Positions 8,291 to 19,336 of a stretch of DNA of 64,000 nt are shown here, piece by piece. Where the stretch lies: assembly GCA_963748825.1 (NCBI GenBank), contig CAVVKN010000022.1, positions 128,001-192,000 of the forward strand. Direction: 5' to 3'. The translations under genes and the position numbers were made by a program. The DNA comes from Methanotrichaceae archaeon (GTDB taxonomy: Archaea; Halobacteriota; Methanosarcinia; Methanotrichales; Methanotrichaceae). Numbering within the stretch: position 1 is the first letter of the stretch; every line of letters begins with the position of its first letter. The notes beneath the pieces are model-generated. The model was not told the DNA's origin, did not search any database, and saw only the letters and a list, made by a program, of their open reading frames with translations.

Positions 8291-10330
8291 TCAGGCCATC
8301 GCTTCTATCCTGCAGGCTGCCATCTTGTACTCCGGGATCTTGGCCACCGGATCCAGGGCATCGGAGGTGATGATGTTGGTTCCCTGCCAGTGGAAGGGCA
8401 TGAAGACCATGCCTGGCTTTACCTTCTCCGTCACACGGGCCCGGGCCTCTGTCTCTCCCCGAATCGTTTTCACCTTGACCATATCTCCGTGGCGCACCTT
8501 CAGCTCAGCTGCATCCTTGGGATTGATCTCAACATAAAGCTCAAAGTCTCTCTCCAAAAGCGAGGGACTCCTGCGGGTCATGGAGCCGCTGTTGTAGTGA
8601 ACCACGATCCTGCCGGTGCTGAGCAGTATGGGATACTCCGGGCTCGTCTGCTCGGCAGCGGGCCTGTTTTCCACGGAGGCAATATTTGCCTTTCCGCTCG
8701 GGGTGGAGAACCTCTCCCTGTGCAGAATGTCCGTTCCAGGGTGCCTCTCATCCGGGCAGGGCCAGCGCAGGCCCCCTATCTTCGAGATCCGCTCCCTGGT
8801 CATGCCTCCGTATTGCGGCACGGTACGGTTGATCTCCTTTAGCACTTCTGCGGCGCTGCTGTCGCCAAGCTCCAATCCCATTCTTTTGCCGATCTCATTG
8901 ATAATCCAGAGACCCTCTTTCGCCTCTCCGACTGGGGAGACGGCCTGGTCGATCCACTGCACCCGCCGCTCCATGGATGTGTAGCTTCCGTCTTTCTCTG
9001 CCCAGGCGGCTGCAGGCAAGACCACATCAGCCATCTGTGCTGTAGCAGTCATGAATATCTCCTGCACCACCAGAAAGTCCAGTTTCTCCAGGGCCTTTTT
9101 GGTCTTCTTTACATTGGCATCGCAGACGACCGGATCCTCGCCGATGATGTACATGGCCTTCAGAGTACCCTGCAGGGCCTCCTCCATCATCTCCGTAGAG
9201 GTCAGGCCAGGTCCAGTTGGCAGATCGGATGCCTTCCAGGCGTCTTTGAAGAACTCCACAGACTTAGGATCCGAGGCTTTCTTGTAACCGGGATAAAACT
9301 CAGCAATTGCTCCCACGTCGCATGTTCCCTGCACATTGTTCTGACCTCGCATGGGCCAGACGCCAGCACCAGGGCGTCCGATCTGGCCGCTGATCAAGGC
9401 CAAGGTCGCGCAGGCTTTCACGTTATCCGTACCGCAGACATGCTGTGTGATGCCCATGGAGTAGAGGAGGGCAGAGGCAGAAGACCTGGCATAGACTCTG
9501 GCCGCTCGGATTATATCACCTGCCGGAATGCCTGTCAGCTCTGCCGCCTTTTCCACAGAGTAGTCTTGCAGGCCCTTTTGGAGATCTTCGAAGCCTTCCG
9601 TCCTGGCGGCAATGAAATCTTTGTCTGCCAGCCCTTCATCGATTATCACCTTCATCATTCCCCGCAGTAGGTCGATGTCGCTGCCGGGCTTTAACCTGAG
9701 ATGAATATCGGACATCCAGGACGTTGAGGTGATCCTGGGATCGGCCACGATAACCGTAGCGCCTTTATCCTTGGCCTTCTGGGCCCAGCGGGACACGATA
9801 GGATGTGCCTCGGTGAAGTTGGTGCCTATGGCAAAGATGCAGCGAGAGTTTTCGATATCTACCAGGTTATTTGTCATCGCGCCCGTGCCCAGGACTGCCC
9901 CGAGACCGACGACTGTCGGGGAGTGGCATAAGCGAGCGCAGTTGTCGACGTTGGGAGAACCTAAGCTGCGTGCCATCTTCTGGAAGGCATAGTTCTCCTC
10001 GTTATTGCAGCGAGACGATGCCAAAAAACCGATACTCTTGGGTCCATGCCCCTCGATGGCCCGCATCAGTCCATGAGCCACAAGGTCCAGAGCCTCATCC
10101 CAGGATATCTGTCGCCATTCGTCGCCAACCCTCTTCAGAGGATGGCGCAGCCTTTCATCATGATTGAGAAACTCCAGAACTGCATTTCCCTTAGGGCAGA
10201 GGGCGCCTTCGCTAGCAGGATGATCCTTCATATACTCGATGCCCGTTGCTTTGTCTCTCTCAACTTCGAGGAATAAACCGCAACCCACTGCGCAATATGG
10301 ACATACTGATGGAATTAGCTTTTTAGCCAT
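8291..10330 (-). CDS. fdhA: Formate dehydrogenase alpha subunit (Cys-type, Mo/W-bis-PGD)
   Basis: CPYCAVGC...LCPKG, DNCARLCHSPT, PMRGQNNVQG, C-terminal molybdopterin-binding domain (PEYK). Confidence 0.95.
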   Translation of the reverse strand: MAKKLIPSVCPYCAVGCGLFLEVERDKATGIEYMKDHPASEGALCPKGNAVLEFLNHDERLRHPLKRVGDEWRQISWDEALDLVAHGLMRAIEGHGPKSIGFLASSRCNNEENYAFQKMARSLGSPNVDNCARLCHSPTVVGLGAVLGTGAMTNNLVDIENSRCIFAIGTNFTEAHPIVSRWAQKAKDKGATVIVADPRITSTSWMSDIHLRLKPGSDIDLLRGMMKVIIDEGLADKDFIAARTEGFEDLQKGLQDYSVEKAAELTGIPAGDIIRAARVYARSSASALLYSMGITQHVCGTDNVKACATLALISGQIGRPGAGVWPMRGQNNVQGTCDVGAIAEFYPGYKKASDPKSVEFFKDAWKASDLPTGPGLTSTEMMEEALQGTLKAMYIIGEDPVVCDANVKKTKKALEKLDFLVVQEIFMTATAQMADVVLPAAAWAEKDGSYTSMERRVQWIDQAVSPVGEAKEGLWIINEIGKRMGLELGDSSAAEVLKEINRTVPQYGGMTRERISKIGGLRWPCPDERHPGTDILHRERFSTPSGKANIASVENRPAAEQTSPEYPILLSTGRIVVHYNSGSMTRRSPSLLERDFELYVEINPKDAAELKVRHGDMVKVKTIRGETEARARVTEKVKPGMVFMPFHWQGTNIITSDALDPVAKIPEYKMAACRIEAMA

Positions 10331-10363
10331 GATAAATCACCGAAAATGCAAATTTTTTAAGGT

Positions 10364-10945
10364 TTACGGATGATGCAATTCATCCAGACAGGCAAGACAG
10401 AGCGTCTCGTCATCTTTTTGGATGAAGCTCTCTATGCAGCATTCACAGATCGCTATCCTTTTTCCTGGCTTCTCAGGAACATCGAGGTCCATGATTTTCC
10501 ATGTGTAAACGCTCTCGCCTGCAGAAATGAGAATGGAGACCGCCTCGGGATGTGGGACTTTTTCTGTTTTCATGAACCAGGCATGGAGGCGAGGATACCG
10601 AGCAGTCTTTGCCGGATCGAGCATTATTCGCACGCCTTTTACATTGGTGCCCACAGGTGCACGCATGGTCACGGTAACCGCCATCTTTCCGTGATCCTTG
10701 ATCTTCAGCCCTTTGTTACCGATGGCTATGCCAGCAAGCACCTGGAAAGGATCGGGAAGGCAGTTATAGGTCTCGCAGGTGACAAAAAGCCTGTCCCCAT
10801 CGGATGCTTCCAGAACCCTTCGGGCAATGTTTAGCATCTGAATGCCTGCGGAGGCTCCTGTGCTCAGATAACCGTGAAAGGGTACTACCTTTTCTATCTG
10901 AGAACGCATTTTTGGGTCAGCGATCTTCTTTAGGATCTCCTCCAT
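10364..10945 (-). CDS. fmdE: FmdE-family protein with C-terminal zinc finger
   Basis: FHGYLSTG...CETYNCLPDPFQV...GNKGL..DHGKMAVT; CECC...CLAC. Confidence 0.8.
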   Translation of the reverse strand: MEEILKKIADPKMRSQIEKVVPFHGYLSTGASAGIQMLNIARRVLEASDGDRLFVTCETYNCLPDPFQVLAGIAIGNKGLKIKDHGKMAVTVTMRAPVGTNVKGVRIMLDPAKTARYPRLHAWFMKTEKVPHPEAVSILISAGESVYTWKIMDLDVPEKPGKRIAICECCIESFIQKDDETLCLACLDELHHP

Positions 10946-11325
10946 ACAAAATCCTCTCCGGCGGTTCTATGCCGCCGCAAGGCTTAAGAAGTTTTGCATA
11001 ATTGCCAACCTAAACTAAATATGTAAGCATTTACGCTAATGCAAAGAACGCTAGATCTGATCGCAGTAATTGTTGGACTGTGACGGACTTGGAAAATAGG
11101 AATTTGCCTTTGTTCATCTTGATGGCATCGATTCTGATATCCACAGTGAGCATTGGCACTGAATGAATTCCTTGCCAAAAAGTATGATTCAGGAGGCCAG
11201 CTCACAGAGAATCTCGATATCAAAAGTCACGGCAAAGCGCTGGATACACCTTGAGTCTAATGAAGCTCACGTCAGAAAAACCAGAGCTTCACTCTCAAGC
11301 CATCAAATCAATTAGCACATGTTGA

Positions 11326-11535
11326 TCAATCGATCGCAATCATTACATTAGTAGCCTTGATTACTACATAGACCTCTTTTCCTTCTGCAAGATCCAACGT
11401 GTCTGCTGAGGTTTTAGTGATCACTGAAACGATGTAATCTCCTCCAGTAAGCTCAACTGTGACCTCTGAGCTGACAGGACCTTTAACTATGTTCTTGACC
11501 TTGCCTTTCAGCATATTTCGAGCACTTATCTTCAT
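11326..11535 (-). CDS. mop: Molybdate/tungstate-binding Mop (TOBE) protein
   Basis: MKISARNMLKGKV...SVIT...VIKATNV molbindin signature. Confidence 0.93.
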   Translation of the reverse strand: MKISARNMLKGKVKNIVKGPVSSEVTVELTGGDYIVSVITKTSADTLDLAEGKEVYVVIKATNVMIAID

Positions 11536-11928
11536 CTCTATGCACCTTCGATAAACTATACAACTATTTCTATTTAAACTTTGAGTTCTATCGCTCATCA
11601 GTTAATACGGAATTACTCATTGACCTGGCTCTCTTATTGATACTGGTAATAAGTTCTAAGTCGCAAGATTCGGGGGGCATGCTAGGCGCAGCCGCATGAA
11701 GATCTGTCCTAAATCGAGCGGACCCATTCCTATTATACGCATGCCCTTTATCCACAATACGAGCGTTGGGGTATTACGATAGAAATCAATAGCAAATTAC
11801 TTAATAAATAGACATCCATGTCTAATAGCAGGACAGTAAAGCCGGGTATAAGAAATAATTGCCAAAGGCGACAATGGCACATCAAAGACGCTTAGAGTTT
11901 GATAATAGAAAGCAGGTGCAAGAAAAAT

Positions 11929-14205
11929 ATGACTGAAGGAGAAGGCGTCAGGCTGAAGGTTTCCGAGGCCAATCAAGGCGATGTAGGAAAGGGCATAGTC
12001 AGGATTGGCGAGGATTTCCTGGAGAAAATAGGCGCACGTCCCTTAGATGTGGTGGAGCTGGTAGGTTCAAGGCCCACGGCCGCATTGGCTGTCAGTGCCT
12101 ATTCCCAGGACCAGGGCATAGACATGATCAGGATGGACGGTCTGATCAGATCCAACGCTGGAACGAGCATAGGCCAGTATATTGAGGTCAAAAAGGCGGT
12201 CTGGAGCGAGGCCAAGCATGTAACTTTGGCCCCGGTCACGCAAGGGATGCAGATCTTTGCTCCTGGAGACGTCCTCACCAAGGTATTCAACGGCAGGCCG
12301 CTGATAAGAGGAGATGTCATCTCCACAACCAGCGTCCGAAAACCGCCCACAGACTCCATGGGCCGGGAGACCATGTTCGAGGAGATATTCCGCGGCTTTT
12401 TGGGGGCCCAAGCCTTTGGCCTGGGAGAGATCAAGCTGCGAGTGATCTCCACCAGCCCGGGAGGAATTGTCAAGATCACGGAAGGAACCGACATTGAGCT
12501 ATTGCCTCAGGCTGTGGAGACTCCGGAACGCTCCGTGCCTTCTGTAGTTTACGAAGATATCGGCGGCTTGAAGCCGGTGATAACCAAGGTCCGGGAAATG
12601 ATTGAGCTTCCCCTCAAGCATCCCGAGCTCTTTGACCGCCTGGGCATTGATCCGCCCAAGGGCGTTCTCCTGCACGGACCGCCCGGCACAGGAAAGACCA
12701 TGCTCGCCAAAGCCGTGGCCAATGAGAGTGACGCCTACTTCATTAGCATCAACGGCCCGGAGATCATGTCGAAGTATTACGGTGAGAGCGAGAAGGCGCT
12801 GCGGGATCTGTTCGAAGAGGCGGAGAAGAACACCCCGGCCATCATCTTCCTGGATGAACTGGACTCCATCGCCCCCAAGCGGGGCGATGTCACCGGCGAG
12901 GTGGAAAGGCGCGTCGTAGCTCAGCTCTTGTCACTCATGGACGGCCTGAAAGAGAGGAAGAACGTAATAGTAATCGGCTCCACCAACCGGCCTGAGGCGC
13001 TGGATATGGCTCTACGCCGGCCGGGCAGATTCGACAGGGAGATTGAACTTGGCGTTCCCGACATGGAAGGGCGCATGGAGATCTTCCAGATCCACACGCG
13101 CGGCATGCCCTTGCACGAGGATGTGGTCCTGGAGGACTTTGCCAAGAGAACCTATGGCTTTGTGGGCGCAGATATCTCAGCCGTGGGCCGGGAAGCGGCC
13201 ATGAATGCCCTGCGCCGCATTCTTCCTGAGATAGATCTGGAAGAGACGACCATTCCCAAGGAGATCCTGGACCGGCTCATTGTGCAAAAGGACGACTTTG
13301 AGGCGGCACTGAGAGAGGTTTCCCCCTCAGCCATGAGGGAGATATTGGTTGAGGTTCCCAATGTGAACTGGGAGGACATTGGCGGCCTTGAATCCGTCAA
13401 GCAGCTTCTTGTGGAGGCAGTGGAGTGGCCGCTTAGAAATGCAGAGAGCTTCCGCCGCCTGGGCATTGAGGCTCCCAAGGGAATTCTGCTCTACGGGCCG
13501 CCAGGCACGGGCAAGACCATGCTGGCCAAGGCGGTGGCCAACGAGAGCGAGGCCAATTTCATCACCGTCAAAGGATCAGCACTTCTCTCCAAGTGGTATG
13601 GAGAGAGCGAGAAGAGAGTGGAAGAGATCTTCAAGAAAGCAAGGCAAGTGGCTCCGTCCATCATCTTCCTGGACGAGCTGGATGCGCTGGTGCCTGTGCG
13701 CGGCGGGGGCGCGGGCGAGCCGCATGTAACCGAGCGCGTGGTGAATCAGCTCTTAAGCGAGATGGACGGCCTGGAGGAGCTGCGAGGAGTGGTGGTAATT
13801 GGGGCTACCAACCGGCCGGATATCATCGATCCGGCGCTTCTGAGGCCGGGACGCTTTGACGAGCTGATCCTGGCACCTGTACCTGACCTTGAATCCCGCA
13901 GGAAGATCTTCGAGGTGCACCTGAAAAAAGCGCCTCTGGCGGATGATATCAATATCGAAGAGCTGATCAGCCTCACTGACCAGTACACGGGAGCTGATAT
14001 CGCTGCAGTGGTGCGTAAAGCTGGGCGTCTGGCTCTCCGAGAGGATATGGCCGCAGAGAAGATCGGCCAGAAACATTTCCTGGCGGCACTCCAGGAGATT
14101 GGACCTTCGGTCACTGCCGACACCATGAAGTACTATTCCAAATTGGGAACGGAGCTACGCAAGAAGGCCTCCCGAGAGGTGGAGCGCGGGGATATTTACG
14201 CCTGA
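11929..14205 (+). CDS. cdc48: CDC48/VAT family AAA+ ATPase
   Basis: N-domain plus two AAA modules (GPPGTGKT twice, LRRPGRFD / LLRPGRFD); C-terminal HbYX-like IYA. Confidence 0.96.
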   Translation: MTEGEGVRLKVSEANQGDVGKGIVRIGEDFLEKIGARPLDVVELVGSRPTAALAVSAYSQDQGIDMIRMDGLIRSNAGTSIGQYIEVKKAVWSEAKHVTLAPVTQGMQIFAPGDVLTKVFNGRPLIRGDVISTTSVRKPPTDSMGRETMFEEIFRGFLGAQAFGLGEIKLRVISTSPGGIVKITEGTDIELLPQAVETPERSVPSVVYEDIGGLKPVITKVREMIELPLKHPELFDRLGIDPPKGVLLHGPPGTGKTMLAKAVANESDAYFISINGPEIMSKYYGESEKALRDLFEEAEKNTPAIIFLDELDSIAPKRGDVTGEVERRVVAQLLSLMDGLKERKNVIVIGSTNRPEALDMALRRPGRFDREIELGVPDMEGRMEIFQIHTRGMPLHEDVVLEDFAKRTYGFVGADISAVGREAAMNALRRILPEIDLEETTIPKEILDRLIVQKDDFEAALREVSPSAMREILVEVPNVNWEDIGGLESVKQLLVEAVEWPLRNAESFRRLGIEAPKGILLYGPPGTGKTMLAKAVANESEANFITVKGSALLSKWYGESEKRVEEIFKKARQVAPSIIFLDELDALVPVRGGGAGEPHVTERVVNQLLSEMDGLEELRGVVVIGATNRPDIIDPALLRPGRFDELILAPVPDLESRRKIFEVHLKKAPLADDINIEELISLTDQYTGADIAAVVRKAGRLALREDMAAEKIGQKHFLAALQEIGPSVTADTMKYYSKLGTELRKKASREVERGDIYA

Positions 14206-14480
14206 GGGGCCGTCTGGCACCTCGGTCCCCAATTTATATTTTATATTTTTTAATACATAATTTTTTAATCTTCGCCCAGCAGACGCAACGCACTTTTACG
14301 AGCTTCTTCACGGTTACTTTCGGGAAGTACACTATTCGGTGCCATCGTTTCAGATTTCTCTCGCCCAATCATGATTATAATTCAAAATAGAATAAATTCA
14401 ATTTTAAAAACTGAAATGAGAAACCTTTGACGTGGAAAAGGAATGACGGGGGCCTATTTCCGCCCCCTCTTCTCGAGCCT

Positions 14481-15728
14481 TCAAATGTACTGCTGCACCA
14501 GCCCCTCTGGCTCGATTATGCGGTTTCGCTCTTTGTGCAGTATCTTTATCGCTGCGCCCTCAAAGTCGCTCTGGTATACTATTGTCCTCTCCTCGCGAAT
14601 GGCATACATACCTGCCTCGGTGGACAGCGATTTTAGATCCGCACCGCTCGAGCCCTCTGCCATATCGGAGATCAACTTGAGGTTCACATCTTCATCCAGG
14701 CTCATGCCCGAGGTATGAATCTTCAGAATCGACTCGCGTGCCTCCCGGTTGGGCATGGGAATCTCGATGACCCTGTCGAACCGTCCCGGCCGCAGCAAGG
14801 CCGGATCGAGCATGTCCAGGCGATTGGTGGCGGCGATGAGCTTGACCTCGCCTCGTGCATCAAAGCCGTCCATCTCCGCCAGGATCTGCATGAGAGTTCT
14901 TTGCACCTCGCGGTCTCCGCTGGTGGCTCCATCCATGCGCCGCGCTCCGATGGCATCCAGTTCATCTATGAAGATGATGGCGGGCGACTTACTCTTGGCC
15001 AGCTCGAAGAGCTCACGCACCAGGCGCGCTCCCTCTCCGATGTACTTTTGCACGAACTCAGAGCCCACCACGCGAAGGAATGTAGCATCTGTGCTCTGGG
15101 CAACCGCCTTGGCTAAAATGGTCTTGCCGGTTCCCGGAGGCCCGTGCAGCAAGACCCCCTTGGGCGGCTCAATACCTACGGCCGTGAAAAGGTCCGGACG
15201 CTTGAGGGGCAGCTCCACAATCTCCCTGATCTCGGAGATCTGAGTCTCCAGGCCCCCAATCTGTGAGAAGTGCACATCTGGAGCCTCCTCTATCTCCATG
15301 CCAAAGACAGCCGGGTCGCGGGGGGAGGGTAGGACGCACATCACAGCAAAAGACTGCTGATTTAAGCCTACCTGTGCACCGGGCTTGATCTCTTCCTCGA
15401 TGAACTGGGAGAGATTTACGACGAACCTGGGACCGGTGCTGCTCTTGACGATGACCCGGTTCTCGTCCAATACATCTACTATGGTGCCCACAATCATGGG
15501 ACCGACGCGCAGGCGCTCCAGCTCACTTCTCAGCTTGCGGGCTTCTCGCTCGAACTTGAGTTTCTGGTTCTCGATGAGCCGCTTTTCGCCTTCTACGCGG
15601 TCCTTCTGCTCTCGCAGCGCCAGGTTGCGCTCTTCAAGCTGGCGCATGCGGTCCAGGATGTAGCGCGAAAAGTCCGCGCCAGCCTGTGACTCATTCATGC
15701 CCTCATTCATGCCTTCTCCACTATCCAT
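14481..15728 (-). CDS. pan: Proteasome-activating nucleotidase
   Basis: Coiled coil, OB domain ([11 protein letters not shown]), AAA ([27 protein letters not shown]), C-terminal QYI. Confidence 0.96.
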   Translation of the reverse strand: MDSGEGMNEGMNESQAGADFSRYILDRMRQLEERNLALREQKDRVEGEKRLIENQKLKFEREARKLRSELERLRVGPMIVGTIVDVLDENRVIVKSSTGPRFVVNLSQFIEEEIKPGAQVGLNQQSFAVMCVLPSPRDPAVFGMEIEEAPDVHFSQIGGLETQISEIREIVELPLKRPDLFTAVGIEPPKGVLLHGPPGTGKTILAKAVAQSTDATFLRVVGSEFVQKYIGEGARLVRELFELAKSKSPAIIFIDELDAIGARRMDGATSGDREVQRTLMQILAEMDGFDARGEVKLIAATNRLDMLDPALLRPGRFDRVIEIPMPNREARESILKIHTSGMSLDEDVNLKLISDMAEGSSGADLKSLSTEAGMYAIREERTIVYQSDFEGAAIKILHKERNRIIEPEGLVQQYI

Positions 15729-15773
15729 AATTACAAAGATTATTAAACTCCGACCCCTATAAAGGTTTCCGAA

Positions 15774-16271
15774 ATGACCGAGAAGCAATGCGAGATTTGC
15801 GGCGCTGAGATCTCAGGAGTGCCCCAGAGGATCGTGATCGACCGCTCAACGATGGAGGTATGCAATAGCTGTGCGCGCTTCGGAAAACCGGAAGACAAAT
15901 GGTCTCTGGTTCCCAAGAAGATGGTTCCTGTAGAGAGGGCCTTCACGGCAAGTCGGCCCAAACCGCGCGACCATTTCAAGGACTTGGTAGAGTTGGTCCC
16001 GGATTTCGGGCGCAAGATCAGGGAGGCACGGGAGGGCCTGGGCCTCTCTCCAGAGGAGCTGGGAGGTAGGATCAAAGAGAAGGTAACTCTCCTAAAGAAG
16101 ATCGAGCGAGAGGAGATCTCTCCTGAGGATGGAATTAGAAAAAAGCTCGAAAAGGAGCTGAAGATCAAACTGTCCGACCAGGCGAGCGAGACTCGTGTCA
16201 AGTCCGGCAGCTCTGGCCGTGGATTGACTTTAGGAGATATTGCCAGCATCAAACGGAAAACTGAGAAATGA
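15774..16271 (+). CDS. mbf1: Archaeal multiprotein-bridging factor 1 (Zn ribbon plus HTH)
   Basis: CEICG...[13 protein letters not shown]-terminal LTLGDI; adjacent to pan. Confidence 0.92.
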   Translation: MTEKQCEICGAEISGVPQRIVIDRSTMEVCNSCARFGKPEDKWSLVPKKMVPVERAFTASRPKPRDHFKDLVELVPDFGRKIREAREGLGLSPEELGGRIKEKVTLLKKIEREEISPEDGIRKKLEKELKIKLSDQASETRVKSGSSGRGLTLGDIASIKRKTEK

Positions 16272-16840
16272 TCGCCAGTGCCGCTCGCTATGTTATCGGT
16301 GGGGGTGTGATAGTATACCCTACCGAGACCGTTTACGGCCTGGGCGCCAATGCTCTGGATGAGCAAGCGGTGATGAGGGTTTTTCAGATTAAAAAGAGGC
16401 CCCTCTCCAAGCCCATCTTTTTGGCCGTCTCCAACTTTGATATGCTGATGAATGTTGCAGAGGTGAGCCAAGATGACCTGGATCTTCTCAAGCAGCTCTT
16501 GCCTGGGCCGGTTTCCGTTCTTGTCAGGAAAAAAAGCGTAGTTCCGGATATACTCACCGCCGGCTCGCCATTGCTTGGCATCAGGTACCCGGATCACGAG
16601 ACGGCTTTAAGGATCATCGATTTGGCCGGACCCATCACCTCCACCAGCGCCAACCGCACAGGAGCCCTGCCACCCACAAGCGCAGGCTCCGTCTCCCCAG
16701 ATATCCGGGATCGAGTGGACGCCGTCGTGGACGGAGGAAAATGCCGATACGCACAGCCCTCAACCCTGCTGGATCTGCAGAAACGGGAGATCATTCGGCC
16801 GGGAGCTGGCCTGGATAAGGTAATGAAGGCGATATCGTGA
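16268..16840 (+). CDS. tsaC: Threonylcarbamoyl-AMP synthase (TsaC/Sua5, YrdC domain only)
   Basis: YPTETVYGLGA, KKRP, LPGPVS, TSTSANRTG. Confidence 0.93.
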   Translation: MIASAARYVIGGGVIVYPTETVYGLGANALDEQAVMRVFQIKKRPLSKPIFLAVSNFDMLMNVAEVSQDDLDLLKQLLPGPVSVLVRKKSVVPDILTAGSPLLGIRYPDHETALRIIDLAGPITSTSANRTGALPPTSAGSVSPDIRDRVDAVVDGGKCRYAQPSTLLDLQKREIIRPGAGLDKVMKAIS

Positions 16841-17757
16841 AGGCCAGAATTAGAGACTTCTTTCTGACCAAAGAAGGCTGGATCTTCGCTGTCGCGGACT
16901 ACAGTCACCCGGATGGTCTTCGTTCAATGCTACGTTATGTTCCTGATGTCGCAGGAGAGCGCGAGACCGATGGCAAGCGCTATCGCAAGATGGACTTCGA
17001 CCCGGCCTATGAATTTCTAAGGCGAGAACGACCAGACTGGGTCGCCGACCTGCACGTGGTTCCCCTGTCGCATGTGCTCAGGATTTATCGGCCGTCTGAG
17101 GGCCTTTTGGCCGTAGCGGAGCGCGACCCAAGAGTTCGAAAGATTGCCGGCCTGCTGGCAGAAGCAGGAGTGCCATGGGAGCAGATGGGTATCACCGGAT
17201 CTATGCTGGTAGGTCTGCACAGTCCCAGCTCAGATATCGATTTTGTAGTTTATGGCCCCATCTGGTGGAAGGCCAGGGATATCGTTGCCCGGGCCAAGGC
17301 AGAAGGAAAAATCGGGGATCTGGACGAGGCCACCTGGAGGAAGATCTACGCCAAGCGAAAGCCGGAGATCAGCTTCGATGAATTCATGCGGCATGAGACA
17401 CGAAAAGGAAATCGGGGCATGATCGAAGGCACCTACTTTGACCTTCTCTTCACTCGCGATTGGAGCCAGATACATCCTCAACCATCCGGCAAGCCTGCTG
17501 GGGAGCGGCGCATTGAGGCCCGAGTAACTAACGCCGATTTTGCCTTTGACAGTCCTGCCATCTACCGTCTGGATCACCCAGAGGTAAAGGAGATCTTCTG
17601 CTATTCGCATACCTATGCCGGCCAGGCGCTGCCCGGCGAGACTATCGAGGCGAAAGGCGTGCTGGAAGAGACTGCTCAGGGCCTACGGTTGGTAGTGGGA
17701 ACCACACGCGAGGCTCGCGGTGAATGGATCAGATCGCTAACCTTGCTGGAAAACTAA
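16837..17757 (+). CDS. Archaeal pol-beta-like nucleotidyltransferase (COG1665-like)
   Basis: GITGSMLVGLHSPSSDIDFVVYG. Confidence 0.85.
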   Translation: MKARIRDFFLTKEGWIFAVADYSHPDGLRSMLRYVPDVAGERETDGKRYRKMDFDPAYEFLRRERPDWVADLHVVPLSHVLRIYRPSEGLLAVAERDPRVRKIAGLLAEAGVPWEQMGITGSMLVGLHSPSSDIDFVVYGPIWWKARDIVARAKAEGKIGDLDEATWRKIYAKRKPEISFDEFMRHETRKGNRGMIEGTYFDLLFTRDWSQIHPQPSGKPAGERRIEARVTNADFAFDSPAIYRLDHPEVKEIFCYSHTYAGQALPGETIEAKGVLEETAQGLRLVVGTTREARGEWIRSLTLLEN

Positions 17758-17797
17758 AACAGTAATTATATATTGTATTCTAAAAGAGGTCTTTTGC

Positions 17798-19312
17798 ATG
17801 TTGCAAGTTCGTCCCTTTGATATCGAGATAGGTCAGCACAAAGTCATGCTTAACGTAGTGGATGCCAGAGAGAGAGGCCTTAATGCCGGTGACCGGGTCA
17901 GGGTCAGAACAAAGGGTTCCGCGACCACAGCCATTCTCGACGTCACTTTGGAGATGGTCAAGGCTGGGGAGATCGGCATCTTCACAGAGGCCCTAAAAGA
18001 CCTGAAGAATCCCACCAGCGTGGATGTTCTGCCTGCACCCAAGCCCGCCTCTCTCTGCTATATAAAGAACATAATGGATAAGAAAAAGCTCACCGAGGAC
18101 CAGATCCGCACCATCGTACAGGATATTGTGGACAATAACCTTAGTGATATTGAGCTTTCAGCTTATGTTACTGCTTCTTACATCCATAATATGGACAGTC
18201 AGGAGGTTGAGTGGCTCACCCGCGCCATGATTGATACCGGAGAACGAATTCACTTCGACACTCATCCCGTCATGGACAAGCACAGCATTGGAGGCGTTCC
18301 CGGCAACAAGGTCTCTTTGCTGGTAGTGCCGATAGTCGCGGCCGCTGGTCTTCTCATTCCCAAGACCAGTTCACGCGCCATTACCGGCGCCGGTGGTACG
18401 GCGGACCTCATGGAAGTTCTGGCGCCGGTAGAGTTTAGTGCCGACGAGATCAAGGAACTGACCGAGAAGGTGGGCGGGGTCATCGTCTGGGGCGGAGCCA
18501 CCAATATTGCTCCAGCCGACGACAAGCTGATCAAAGCTGAATATGCTCTTTCCATCGATCCCTACAGCCAAATGCTCGCCTCCATCATGGCTAAGAAGGG
18601 AGCTGTAGGCGCAGATGCAGTTGTGGTGGACATGCCTGTAGGTCCAGGCACAAAGCTTGCCACTTCTGAGGCGGGCCGCACTTTAGCCAAGGATCTCATC
18701 GACCTGGGAAGACGTCTGGGCATTCGTGTGGAGTGCGCCATGACCTTCGGTGGATCGCCAGTAGGCCGAACCATAGGCCCAGCCCTGGAGGTACGGGAAG
18801 CCCTCACTGTCCTGGAGAATAAAGGCGGACCGAACAGCTTGAAGGAGAAGAGCCTCTCTTTGGCCGGCATCTTGCTGGAGATGGGAGGAATCACCGGGCG
18901 AGGAGACGGCTACAAAGCGGCGGAGGAAATTCTCACCAGCGGAAAGGCCCATAAAAAACTCATGGAGATCATCGAGGTTCAGGGCGGCAATCCCCTGGTG
19001 AAGAGCGAAGAGATCGTTACCGGTGAGAACTGTGCGGATATTCTTGCTCCGGCGGGAGGCTACATCGTGGCCTTCTACAATAAACGACTGGTGGAGCTGG
19101 CCCGTATGGCAGGGGCACCCGCGGACAAGAAGGCAGGAGTTATAATCCACAGGAAGATGGGAGAACTGGTAAAGAAGGGTGAGCCTTTGATCACCATCTG
19201 CTCCTCTTCGGATTGGCAACTGGATAGTGCAGTAAAGGATGCCAATAGGCAGATGCCAATCGTAGTCGAGGGAATGCTGCTGGAGAGATACCCCAGGATC
19301 ACCGAGCTATAG
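17798..19312 (+). CDS. deoA: AMP phosphorylase
   Basis: DKHSIGGVPGNK and IPKTSSRAITGAGGTAD, with archaeal N-terminal extension. Confidence 0.95.
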   Translation: MLQVRPFDIEIGQHKVMLNVVDARERGLNAGDRVRVRTKGSATTAILDVTLEMVKAGEIGIFTEALKDLKNPTSVDVLPAPKPASLCYIKNIMDKKKLTEDQIRTIVQDIVDNNLSDIELSAYVTASYIHNMDSQEVEWLTRAMIDTGERIHFDTHPVMDKHSIGGVPGNKVSLLVVPIVAAAGLLIPKTSSRAITGAGGTADLMEVLAPVEFSADEIKELTEKVGGVIVWGGATNIAPADDKLIKAEYALSIDPYSQMLASIMAKKGAVGADAVVVDMPVGPGTKLATSEAGRTLAKDLIDLGRRLGIRVECAMTFGGSPVGRTIGPALEVREALTVLENKGGPNSLKEKSLSLAGILLEMGGITGRGDGYKAAEEILTSGKAHKKLMEIIEVQGGNPLVKSEEIVTGENCADILAPAGGYIVAFYNKRLVELARMAGAPADKKAGVIIHRKMGELVKKGEPLITICSSSDWQLDSAVKDANRQMPIVVEGMLLERYPRITEL

Positions 19313-19336
19313 AAATCACGTTAGAGGGCACAAAAA

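Noticed and set aside
9926-9928. Selenocysteine in FdhA with a 3' SECIS
   Set aside because: The active-site codon is TGC (CARLCH) and the ORF has no in-frame TGA
11099-11166. Short signal-peptide-like frame between fmdE and mop
   Set aside because: Stops after about 25 codons; at most an unidentifiable remnant
15691-15714. 12-bp tandem repeat in the pan 5' end (GMNE twice)
   Set aside because: Only two in-frame copies in a variable N-terminus
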